Assembly (NCBI RefSeq): GCF_001997385.1
Contig: NZ_CP019633.1
Location: 330,001 to 362,000, forward strand
Length of the DNA stretch: 32,000 bases
Origin: Sedimentisphaera cyanobacteriorum
GTDB lineage: Bacteria; Planctomycetota; Phycisphaerae; Sedimentisphaerales; Sedimentisphaeraceae
Reading direction: 5' to 3'
The notes under the pieces are model-generated. The model saw only the letters and a program-made list of their open reading frames with translations. It made no database searches and had not been told where the DNA came from. Made by a program: the position numbers and the translations under genes. Of this stretch, positions 1 to 7,285 are shown piece by piece. Every line of letters begins with the position of its first letter. Position 1 is the stretch's first letter.

Positions 1-68
1 GGGTCTTCCGCAAGGCACGGAAAAGATGCAAAAAAACAGGCTGCACCAATAATTAAACAAATCTTCAT
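1..68 (-). CDS. 5' end of a secreted-protein gene; only the signal peptide is in the window and the gene runs off the left edge
   Basis: ATG at 68..66 (minus strand) with AAGGAG (reverse complement of 76..81) 7 nt upstream. Translation MKICLIIGAACFFASFPCLAED looks like a signal peptide. It is absent from the ORF track because it is truncated. Confidence 0.5.
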   Translation of the reverse strand, partial: MKICLIIGAACFFASFPCLAED

Positions 69-257
69 AAATGAACTCCTTAAAAAAAAGTGAACTGTTT
101 TGTTTTTTTTATCATAGCAGACTTGAATCGTTTTCTGATACAAAATTTTCCCAAAACCTTCTTTTTTTTAACCAAACTGGTAAAAATTCCTTTTGGCGGG
201 GCTTTTTATTGTTCTTTCCGCAATCAATTTCACATCTTGGAAGGCAGATTTTGCGTG

Positions 258-279
258 TGCGACAATATTTTCCGGCAAA
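258..279. repeat. Left arm of a perfect 22-bp inverted repeat (TGCGACAATATTTTCCGGCAAA)
   Basis: The exact reverse complement occurs at 809..830. This arm is also nested in a local palindrome (AGATTTTGCG at 246-255 against CGCAAATCT at 281-289). Confidence 0.9.
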
Positions 280-405
280 ACGCAAATCTTCATGCTGAAT
301 GCTTTGCAGAATTTATTATCTATTTACTGAGCCAGCGGTTCGCTGCTTAATAATGCAGCGTCGTACAGCGGTGTAATATGAAGAGTCTATTCGTTGTGTC
401 GGCTT

Positions 406-430
406 AGCGGGCGACTTGCGTCGCTCCGCT
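406..430 (+). repeat. REP-like hairpin element, copy 1 (AGCGG GCGAC TTGC GTCGC T CCGCT)
   Basis: Two nested stems are readable directly. The flanks CTTAGCGGGCG and CCGCTGTAGTA are shared with the copy at 21829..21860. Confidence 0.75.
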
Positions 431-457
431 GTAGTACGGGGGATGTTTAACATTGAG

Positions 458-480
458 CCTGTCCGCCGAAGGCGGAGAGG
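458..480. repeat. GC hairpin CCTGTCCGCC-GAA-GGCGGAGAGG
   Basis: 6-bp perfect stem TCCGCC/GGCGGA with a 3-nt loop, extended by 3 bp after one mismatch. It shares the CCGCC..GGCGGAGAG core with the hairpin at 758..782. Confidence 0.6.
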
Positions 481-528
481 TATCGGAGAAATGCAGATAA
501 ATGTTCGTTTCGTGAAATCGCAGCGAAG

Positions 529-563
529 TTTATTATCCACAGATAGCACGGATGGCACAGATG
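529..563 (-). repeat. 9-bp triplet module. Reverse complement reads CATCTGTGC CATCCGTGC TATCTGTGG ATAATAAA
   Basis: Three tandem 9-mers plus an A/T tail. 32 of 35 positions are identical to 20429..20463. Contains TTATCCACA at 533..541. Confidence 0.8.
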
Positions 564-609
564 TTTTTATGAGTGTAAAAGCTTGCGATAAAACAATTTA
601 TATCAAAAT

Positions 610-644
610 CCTTCGTGCCCTTCGAGCCCTTCGCGGTTTAAACC
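610..644 (+). repeat. 9-bp triplet module CCTTCGTGC CCTTCGAGC CCTTCGCGG TTTAAACC
   Basis: Three tandem 9-mers plus an A/T tail. Same architecture as 21996..22030 and 20375..20409 (reverse complement). Confidence 0.8.
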
Positions 645-711
645 AATTCCACGAGGATTAAAAAAATACCCGCCCAAAAATCTTTCTCCGCCTTTTCCTT
701 ATCAAATATCT

Positions 712-746
712 ATCCTGTCAATCCTGTAAATCCCGTCTAAAAAACC
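712..746 (+). repeat. 9-bp triplet module ATCCTGTCA ATCCTGTAA ATCCCGTCT AAAAAACC
   Basis: Three tandem 9-mers plus an A-rich tail. The tail and following CCCCT resemble 21902..21926 (CTGTCTAAAAATATCCCCTTAG). Confidence 0.7.
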
Positions 747-757
747 TCCCCTCTGTT

Positions 758-782
758 TACTCTCCGCCTCCGGCGGAGAGTA
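758..782. repeat. GC hairpin TACTCTCCGCC-TCC-GGCGGAGAGTA
   Basis: 11-bp perfect stem with a 3-nt loop, read directly from the sequence. Confidence 0.7.
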
Positions 783-808
783 AGCGGATAGATACGGCTT
801 TAAAAAGC

Positions 809-830
809 TTTGCCGGAAAATATTGTCGCA
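809..830. repeat. Right arm of the perfect 22-bp inverted repeat (TTTGCCGGAAAATATTGTCGCA)
   Basis: Exact reverse complement of 258..279. Lies about 95 bp upstream of the hflK start. Confidence 0.9.
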
Positions 831-923
831 TAGTATTTTGCTGTATCAGCGATTATTTTTTGTGTTTGCAGTTGTTTCTGTTAGAATAGCGGGAAATTAT
901 GAAATATAGACTAAGAGGTAGAA

Positions 924-1889
924 ATGGTAAAACAATTTTTTGATTCTGAAAGTAATTTCTCCAAGTATATCCTGCTTGGTATAGGTGCAGCGCTGATTAT
1001 AGGGATCATTAACGGGTCCTTCTATACAGTGAACACCGACGAACGTGCTGTAGTTACCAGATTCGGCAAGTTCAGCCGTACCGCCGAGCCCGGGCTTCAT
1101 TTCAAGCTCCCATTCGGTATTGAATCGGTATCAACCCCGAAAGTAACTACTGTATTCAAGGAAGAATTTGGCTTCAGGACGCTCAAGGCGGGCGTTGAAA
1201 GCCAGTACGACCGCCGCGATTATTCCAGTGAATCGCTTATGCTCTGCGGAGACTTGAGCGTTGCAGATGTCCAGTGGATTGTGCAGTACAGGATTATCGA
1301 TCCCCAGAAGTATCTGTTCAATATCAGAGACCATCGCAAAATGCTTCGTGATGTAGCAGAGTCGGTAGTTCGAAGAGAAGTGGGCGATTCATCGGTTGAT
1401 GAAGTGCTTACAGAGCGAAGGATGGAGATCAACGAGCTCGTTGAAGACGGTATGCAGAAGATCCTCGATGATTATGAATCAGGGCTCTTTGTGGTAACTG
1501 TTAAAATGCAGGATGTTAATCCGCCGGATCCGGTAAAGCATGCGTTTAATGAAGTTAATGCTGCCCAGCAGGAGAAGGAAAGGCTTATAAACAGCGCTAA
1601 GAAAGAGTACAACGAGATTATCCCCAAAAAGCGGGGCGAAGCGCAGAAGATGGTTCAGCAGGCCGAGGCTTACGCTGTTAAGAGGGTGAACGAGGCTGAA
1701 GGTGATGCCGGCCGATTCAGAGAGATATACAACAACTACAAAAACAGCAAAGAGGTTACAAGGACAAGAATGTATCTCGAGGCTATAAACGAAGCCTTCC
1801 CTGAGATTGGTCAGATTAATATTATGGACAAAGAGGTTGAATCTCTTCTGCCCCATATGAATATAAACAAGAAGGGGGAATCTAAATGA
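924..1889 (+). CDS. hflK: FtsH protease modulator HflK (SPFH/band-7 family)
   Basis: 321 aa. N-terminal TM helix (ILLGIGAALIIGIINGSF), SPFH core (VVTRFGKFSRTAEPGLHFKLPFGIESV) and a coiled-coil C-terminus. SD AAGAGG upstream. ATGA overlap with the next SPFH gene. Confidence 0.85.
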   Translation: MVKQFFDSESNFSKYILLGIGAALIIGIINGSFYTVNTDERAVVTRFGKFSRTAEPGLHFKLPFGIESVSTPKVTTVFKEEFGFRTLKAGVESQYDRRDYSSESLMLCGDLSVADVQWIVQYRIIDPQKYLFNIRDHRKMLRDVAESVVRREVGDSSVDEVLTERRMEINELVEDGMQKILDDYESGLFVVTVKMQDVNPPDPVKHAFNEVNAAQQEKERLINSAKKEYNEIIPKKRGEAQKMVQQAEAYAVKRVNEAEGDAGRFREIYNNYKNSKEVTRTRMYLEAINEAFPEIGQINIMDKEVESLLPHMNINKKGESK

Positions 1890-2845
1890 ATCCTACTAAA
1901 ATAGCAAACTACATCCTATGGGGCTTTATCGCCCTTTTTGTGGCGTTCAATCTTTTCTGCTATACGGTCAAGGAAACCGAGCAGGCTGTAATCACTCAGT
2001 TCGGGCAGTACAAGAGAGTTGAGCAGGACGCAGGCCTGAAATTCAAAATTCCTTTTGTCGAAAAGGTGAATATGTTTGAGAAACGCCTTCTCGAATGGGA
2101 CGGAACACCAACGCAAATGCCTACTGTAGAAAAGAGGTATATCAACGTTGACACCTTCGGACGCTGGAGAATCGTAGATCCACTCGAATTTATGAAAACT
2201 CTCCGCACTGAAACCGCCGCTCAGAGCAGGCTGGATGATATCATTAATTCTGCTGTTAGAAACAGGATATCAAGCAATCAGCTCATCGAAGCCGTGCGCA
2301 ATTCCAACAGAGAGATGTCGATGATGGTGGAAGTGAAGGATATTCGCGAGCAGGATGTTACCAGCATTTCAATGGGCAGGAACGCTATTGAGGATAAAAT
2401 TCTTAAGGAAGCGAAAGTTTCGGCCAAGGATTTCGGCATTGAGCTTGTGGATGTGCTCATCAAACGCATCAACTACACCGAACAGGTTCGTGAGAAGGTT
2501 TACGAGAGGATGGTGGAAGAAAGGCTTCGCGTGGCAGCGGAATACCGCTCTGAAGGTGAAGGCGAGAAGATGAACATTCAGGGTAAGATTGAAAATGATA
2601 CAAACCGCATTATCTCAGAGGCCTATAGAGAATCTCAGCAGATTCGCGGTTCAGCCGATTCAGAGGCCGTTAATATCTACGCCGAGGCCTACGGGCTAGA
2701 CCCTGATTTCTTCGCATTCTACAAAACCCTTGAGTCTTACAAGGACAACCTCAAAGGCGCAAACGCTGTTCTCTCAACAGACAGCGAATACCTGAAATAC
2801 CTTTCCTCAAGCACCGGAAAGCAAATGCAGGAAACAGCGGAGTAG
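1886..2845 (+). CDS. hflC: FtsH protease modulator HflC (SPFH/band-7 family)
   Basis: 319 aa. TM helix followed by VITQFGQYKRV..GLKFKIPFVEKV. Paired with hflK through a 4-nt overlap, which is the typical hflKC arrangement. Confidence 0.85.
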   Translation: MNPTKIANYILWGFIALFVAFNLFCYTVKETEQAVITQFGQYKRVEQDAGLKFKIPFVEKVNMFEKRLLEWDGTPTQMPTVEKRYINVDTFGRWRIVDPLEFMKTLRTETAAQSRLDDIINSAVRNRISSNQLIEAVRNSNREMSMMVEVKDIREQDVTSISMGRNAIEDKILKEAKVSAKDFGIELVDVLIKRINYTEQVREKVYERMVEERLRVAAEYRSEGEGEKMNIQGKIENDTNRIISEAYRESQQIRGSADSEAVNIYAEAYGLDPDFFAFYKTLESYKDNLKGANAVLSTDSEYLKYLSSSTGKQMQETAE

Positions 2846-2859
2846 GCGGAAGGCTTCTG

Positions 2860-3390
2860 ATGGCAGAGAAGATTTCCACTCCACTGGCAAAAAAGAAAGC
2901 AGAACAGCTCAGAGCAGGCGAAGAGGTGCTTATCTCAGGCATTATATACAGCGCTCGGGATATGGCTCACAAAAGACTCACGGAAACAATCGCCCGCTCT
3001 GAGCCTCTTCCGATTGATTTGGAAGGGCAGATTATATATTTTGTAGGCCCTTCGCCTGCCTCCCCGGGCAGGCCCGCAGGCTCTGCAGGCCCCACTACGT
3101 CCTCAAGGATGGATCCATTCAGCCCGATTCTTCTGGATAACGGCCTTGCCGGCATGATAGGCAAGGGATACCGCGGGGATGCTGTAATCAATTTCCTGAT
3201 TAAGAATAAGGCGGTGCATTTCAGCGCTGTAGGCGGGGCGGGGGCGCTTTTGAGCAAATCAATCGTCAAATCCGAAGTGGTGGCATATCACGACCTCGGG
3301 CCCGAGGCAATCCGCCGCCTTGAGGTGTTGGATTTCCCGGCAGTTGTTGCCTACGACTCCCGCGGCGCAAGCATATACGAACGCAAATGA
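2860..3390 (+). CDS. Fe-S hydro-lyase beta subunit (class I fumarate hydratase / tartrate dehydratase beta-type)
   Basis: 176 aa. Motifs GIIYSARDMAHKRL, IYFVGPSPA, AGPTTSSRMD, MIGKGYRG and AVGGAGALL are typical of the FumA C-terminal / TtdB family. No alpha subunit gene is adjacent. Confidence 0.8.
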   Translation: MAEKISTPLAKKKAEQLRAGEEVLISGIIYSARDMAHKRLTETIARSEPLPIDLEGQIIYFVGPSPASPGRPAGSAGPTTSSRMDPFSPILLDNGLAGMIGKGYRGDAVINFLIKNKAVHFSAVGGAGALLSKSIVKSEVVAYHDLGPEAIRRLEVLDFPAVVAYDSRGASIYERK

Positions 3391-3591
3391 TACTTTGTTA
3401 AGAGGTAATGGAGCTCTTATTTAATGAAAGGTATTTGATTTTATGAAGTGTTTTTGTAAAAACTTATCAGCTTTCAGAAATCCTATGCTGCTTGTTTTAA
3501 TCGCCGATTCTATTAGAAAAGTATTTGCAGCCGTTTAAAACAGAAATGTAAGATAAAATAATAACCAGCTTTTGAATTGAAATCCCTTTAT

Positions 3592-5064
3592 ATGTTTAAA
3601 AATAAAGAATACTGGCTCATAATATCAGCTCTTTTCTTTTTTTCGCTGCCCTGCATTGGCAAAGATAAAAAAGGCCCTGCTCAAATAGAGGTCTTCCCAG
3701 AAAAGAAAATCACCTCAATCAATCCAAACTTTTTCGGGACTTGCCCTTCATTTTTCAACCTAAGCAGCCGGCGAATGGCCGACGGCAAAGTCGCTCGGCA
3801 TCTCAAAAACCTGCCCATCCGCGTACTTCGTTTTCCCGGCGGAACCGATTCGGACAACTATCTCTGGGATGCCCACCGTGTACATGACCCAAACCGCTGG
3901 CCGGCCTACCAAGGCCCTGAATCCATGGATACCGACCGCTTTATCTCCCTTTGCCGCCAGATTAATGCCGAGCCCCTGATGGTTGTGAACACTGAGATCG
4001 CCTTCTTCGAAAACCCTAAGCGCTCTGTAGAATTGGCAGCCGACTGGGTACACTACTGCAACATCGAAAAAAATTACAATATCAAGTATTGGGAGATCGG
4101 AAACGAACCCTATTTCCACACTCGCTTTAACGCCAAAGAATATGCCCGTCTGTTCATCAAGATTGCAAAAGCGATGAAAGCCGTGGACCCAGACATCAAA
4201 ATCGCCGCTGTAGGTAATTGGAACATTGATTACCCGGGCCGCAAGGCCATGATATCGAGCAAAAATCTTGAAAAAGCCCAGCGGCTAGAAGTGAAATACG
4301 AAAATGGAAACTGGGATCTGTATGATAAGATCCATGAGCTGGAGACAGTGGAAAATCCTCCAAAATGGTGGTCAAACGTCTTTGATATTGCTGGCCCGCA
4401 CATAGACATCGTCTCTGTTCACTGGTATTTCAACACCCGCTACCAGCTGCCCAATATGCAAAAAAAACTCAACCGCCTAAAAAATCTTACACGCCAAAAA
4501 ATCCCTTCCAAAGAAATTCCTATAATCATCACCGAATGGAACGTTCATAAGCAGGGCGTCAAAAAAAACCGCCGACTGCTTGCTCTGGCAAAAGCTATTG
4601 GTAAATTCATTGACTCCGATGTGCAGATGGCTTTTTATTGGCCTTTATTCGGCTTTGGTAACCATCATCCAAGATCTCTACTAGATCATCGAGACAATTC
4701 CACCCTGCCCAACTACGAGCTGCTACACCTGTTCTCAAAAAATATGGGAACTCACCGAATCCAATCGACCGCTGCCTCCGAGAATGCCCCATACCATTTC
4801 GCATCAATCGCCAGAAAAAAGCAAATTTCCGTCTTTCTGGTAAATTCCAAAGAAAAGAGCCAAAAAATCAGCCTTGTGTTGCAGGGTTCACCCGCCAAAA
4901 ACTATCAGCTTACAACCCTCATTGCACGCAACACCCCAAAGCTGCACTTTGATACCCGCAAAAGAACAATGACCTTAAAATATTCCAGATCCCCTCTTAC
5001 CTTCGAGCTGCCCCCGCTTTCAATTACTCTCGTGAAAATTCCCTCGCCTGAAGTTGACCCATAA
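3592..5064 (+). CDS. Secreted clan GH-A (beta/alpha)8 glycoside hydrolase; family uncertain (GH39/GH51/GH79-like)
   Basis: The ORF is open from TTG 3577, but ATG 3592 gives a signal peptide (MFKNKEYWLIISALFFFSLPCIG). RFPGGTDSDNYLW, WEIGNEPY (acid/base NEP) and IIITEWN (nucleophile-type TEW) fit clan GH-A. Confidence 0.7.
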   Translation: MFKNKEYWLIISALFFFSLPCIGKDKKGPAQIEVFPEKKITSINPNFFGTCPSFFNLSSRRMADGKVARHLKNLPIRVLRFPGGTDSDNYLWDAHRVHDPNRWPAYQGPESMDTDRFISLCRQINAEPLMVVNTEIAFFENPKRSVELAADWVHYCNIEKNYNIKYWEIGNEPYFHTRFNAKEYARLFIKIAKAMKAVDPDIKIAAVGNWNIDYPGRKAMISSKNLEKAQRLEVKYENGNWDLYDKIHELETVENPPKWWSNVFDIAGPHIDIVSVHWYFNTRYQLPNMQKKLNRLKNLTRQKIPSKEIPIIITEWNVHKQGVKKNRRLLALAKAIGKFIDSDVQMAFYWPLFGFGNHHPRSLLDHRDNSTLPNYELLHLFSKNMGTHRIQSTAASENAPYHFASIARKKQISVFLVNSKEKSQKISLVLQGSPAKNYQLTTLIARNTPKLHFDTRKRTMTLKYSRSPLTFELPPLSITLVKIPSPEVDP

Positions 5065-5184
5065 GAGAAAACAGCGGGTAATTACTGCGAATAACTTGCC
5101 AAAAACCCGCTTCTTCTTTGCAGTATTATCGGAATTGCCTGTAACCCGGCAACATAAGAAGAATAAATAATCAAAGCCAGAAGC

Positions 5185-5388
5185 TCATTTTTTGCTGAAT
5201 TGCCCGTATAGCTGTCCTATAGCAACATTCAAAAACAGTGAGATCAGTATCTCCACACCTTCAAAATTAAGAATGATTTTGTTGTTTTCCTCAAGCAGAG
5301 ACTTGAGCTTGCTGAATAGTTTCTGGCCGTTATCTGAAGATACGCAGAGACTGCCTATAAATTCAGCAATTTTTATTTCTTTAGGCAT
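5185..5388 (-). CDS. Short STAS-like DUF4325-family protein, possibly truncated or frameshifted
   Basis: 67 aa. KIILNFEGVEILISLFLNVAIGQL matches the DUF4325 core as I recall it (x-LDFxGV..xSSFlxexxGxL). The ORF stops right after an A6 run, and family members are usually about 90-105 aa. Confidence 0.5.
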   Translation of the reverse strand: MPKEIKIAEFIGSLCVSSDNGQKLFSKLKSLLEENNKIILNFEGVEILISLFLNVAIGQLYGQFSKK

Positions 5389-5468
5389 AATACAAACCCT
5401 GTAAGTTATCGTTCTGTTCGCATCTTGTAACTGTATTCATCTGGATTAATTTACGGTCTGAGCAGATT

Positions 5469-6173
5469 TTACGCCCCGCCGGAGAATTTAAGCAGAAATG
5501 CAAGGCCGGCCAGCAGAACCATCACAACTATTGTTGCCGTGTTGAAATGCTTTTCGATAAAGTCTCTTGCCTTCTCGCCGAATAGGTAAAAGAGCAGGCC
5601 TTCTGTGCCGAAGCGAAGCGTACGGAAAACAAGGCTTATCAGCACAAATTTGACTACGCTCACCTTCGCAAGCCCACCGAGCCAGCTGAAAATCATATAA
5701 GGTACGGGCGTAAGGGCGGAAATCGATATCGCCCAGAAATCGTACTCTTCGTAAAGCTCAAGGGCCTTCTGCGTTTTCTCGCCAATGTGCATAAATTCAA
5801 TCGAGCTGAAAAAACCTATCACTCCATCGCCTATGAGCAGTCCGGCAAGAAGGGCGGTTGTCCCGCCGAGTACGGAGAAAAATGAGCAGATAAGGCCGTA
5901 TTTTATCCCCTGCTTAGGCTTTGCGAGGCTCATCCCCAAAACCATAACGTCCGCAGGCACGGGAACGCATATAGGTTCAAAAAATGCAAGCAGAACCAGC
6001 ACAGTCATTCCGTACTTTGTTTCCACCCATTTGAGAAACCAGTTGTAGAGCTTCTTGTGAATCTCCCATGATTTTATATTTTTCTTTGAGAGCCCTTCTG
6101 CAACGCTGCTTTCCGCATTTTCCGCCATAATTGCATTCCAATCAATTAAAAATTCTGCCGGCAAACCTTTCAA
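5469..6173 (-). CDS. YqaA/DedA-type (VTT domain) inner-membrane protein
   Basis: Multiple TM helices, with FFEPICVPVPADVMVLGMSL resembling the YqaA/DedA re-entrant motif. The start is uncertain: TTG 6173 or ATG 6128. Confidence 0.65.
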   Translation of the reverse strand: MKGLPAEFLIDWNAIMAENAESSVAEGLSKKNIKSWEIHKKLYNWFLKWVETKYGMTVLVLLAFFEPICVPVPADVMVLGMSLAKPKQGIKYGLICSFFSVLGGTTALLAGLLIGDGVIGFFSSIEFMHIGEKTQKALELYEEYDFWAISISALTPVPYMIFSWLGGLAKVSVVKFVLISLVFRTLRFGTEGLLFYLFGEKARDFIEKHFNTATIVVMVLLAGLAFLLKFSGGA

Positions 6174-6304
6174 ATCAGGCTGGCCTTAGAGCAAGCTCTA
6201 TATTTTTATAAAAATTTTGTTAAAATCGCCTCTTTAAGCGATGCCTTTCTAAAATCAGATTTCAATAAGATATATTTTTGCTGAAAAAACACAAAGGTTT
6301 TTCG

Positions 6305-7231
6305 ATGAGCGGCTGTAATAATCACCAAGAAAATAAGGGTATAGTGTTCGATTTTAAGCGATTCGCCGTCCACGACGGGCCGGGTATTAGAACAACCGTC
6401 TTTATGAAGGGGTGTCCGCTGAGGTGCAGGTGGTGTCATAATCCGGAGAGCTGGAGCATACGCCCTGAGCTGAGATTCGCCCCTAATCTCTGCATCAGAT
6501 GCGGCAGGTGCGTGGATGTGTGCCCGGAGCAGGCTATAAGCTGGAAGAACGGCCAGCCCGAAACTGAACCGGAAAAATGCACCGGTCAGGGCAGGTGCTG
6601 CGATGCATGCGCTGCGGACGCTAGGATACTGCTGGGCAGAGAATACAATCCGCAGGAGGTGCTGGAGGTTCTCGAGAAAGACAGGGTTTTCTATGAGCAG
6701 TCCGGAGGCGGGGTAACCTTTTCCGGAGGCGAGCCGTTTATGCAGCCCGAATTCCTGCTCAGCTCTCTTGAGCTCTGCAAAGAGGCAGGGCTCCATACCG
6801 CTGTTGATACCACACTTTGCGCAGATCCAAAACTGCTGGCAAAGTCTTTTGAGCTTGCTGATTTATTCCTTGTTGATATAAAACACACCGATTCAGAAAA
6901 ACACAGGGAATTTACAGGGGCAGACGCTGAGCAGATTCTTGATAATATAAAGATGCTCGGGGAATGCGGGGCTGAGATAATCGTGAGAATCCCGCTTATC
7001 AGAGGCTTTAACGATGATATCGCTATCATAAAAAAGGTAGCCAAAATTGCCAGGGCATCCAGCGTCAAACAAATTGACCTTCTCCAGTACAACGAAGGCG
7101 GGCTGGAAAAACAGAAAACACTAATCAGCTCAGGCGGGATATCAGGATTTGGCTCGGTAAGCGAAGAATTTTTCAACAAAGCTAAAACAGTACTTTCAGA
7201 ATCAGGTCTGCTCGGCACGGCTGGGGGCTGA
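6305..7231 (+). CDS. Glycyl-radical-enzyme activating enzyme (radical SAM, PflA/CutD-like with a ferredoxin-type insert)
   Basis: FAVHDGPGIRTTVFMKGCPLRCRWCHNPE (CX3CX2C), CIRCGRCVDVCPEQA (auxiliary 4Fe-4S) and GGGVTFSGGEP. ATG 6305 is preferred over the TTG at 6278. Confidence 0.85.
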   Translation: MSGCNNHQENKGIVFDFKRFAVHDGPGIRTTVFMKGCPLRCRWCHNPESWSIRPELRFAPNLCIRCGRCVDVCPEQAISWKNGQPETEPEKCTGQGRCCDACAADARILLGREYNPQEVLEVLEKDRVFYEQSGGGVTFSGGEPFMQPEFLLSSLELCKEAGLHTAVDTTLCADPKLLAKSFELADLFLVDIKHTDSEKHREFTGADAEQILDNIKMLGECGAEIIVRIPLIRGFNDDIAIIKKVAKIARASSVKQIDLLQYNEGGLEKQKTLISSGGISGFGSVSEEFFNKAKTVLSESGLLGTAGG

Positions 7232-7285
7232 TTTGTGCGCAAATTGGTTAATTTAAATACTTAAAATGGCTTTGAAAGCAGGTCG

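Noticed and set aside
71-350. Two overlapping plus-strand ORFs (71..298, 90..350) in the A/T-rich region at the left edge
   Set aside because: Homopolymer-rich, F/L/K-biased translations with no SD. The region is more plausibly the divergent promoter/leader of the minus-strand gene starting at 68.
416-661. ORFs translating the repeat islands (416..661, 316..558 on the minus strand, 20343..20600, 21926..22117), with peptides such as STDSTDGTDVF, LRALRALRGLNQFHED, KHTKHTKG and WRAASGEWRVASG
   Set aside because: The periodic peptide patterns are the direct translation of the 9-bp and 7-bp DNA repeats. There are no SD sites, and the DNA-level repeat structure explains them better than coding does.
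258-830. Island A or island B as the chromosomal origin (oriC), because of the perfect DnaA boxes and the adjacent A/T-rich DNA
   Set aside because: There are only 1-2 consensus boxes per island and they belong to a dispersed module. I found no cluster of degenerate boxes, no dnaA/dnaN/gidA-type neighbours, and the same motif appears at two loci 20 kb apart. The DnaA-box observation is kept as a separate low-key finding.
2860-3390. Fumarate hydratase beta subunit encoded alone directly after hflKC, as a possible novel functional link
   Set aside because: Split alpha and beta subunit genes can be unlinked, and adjacency to hflKC with a 14-nt gap is weak evidence. I noted it in the feature table only.
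3443-3538. 31-aa ORF (MKCFCKNLSAFRNPMLLVLIADSIRKVFAAV) in the gap between the fumarate hydratase beta gene and the GH gene
   Set aside because: No SD, no recognisable family, and very short. There is not enough evidence to call it a gene.
6187-6215. Short palindromes in the yqaA/activase divergent promoter region (TAGAGCAAGCTCTA at 6187-6200; ATTTTTATAAAAAT at 6202-6215)
   Set aside because: They could be operators, but 14-bp palindromes, one of them pure A/T, are too short and too common in A/T-rich spacers to support a claim without comparative data.
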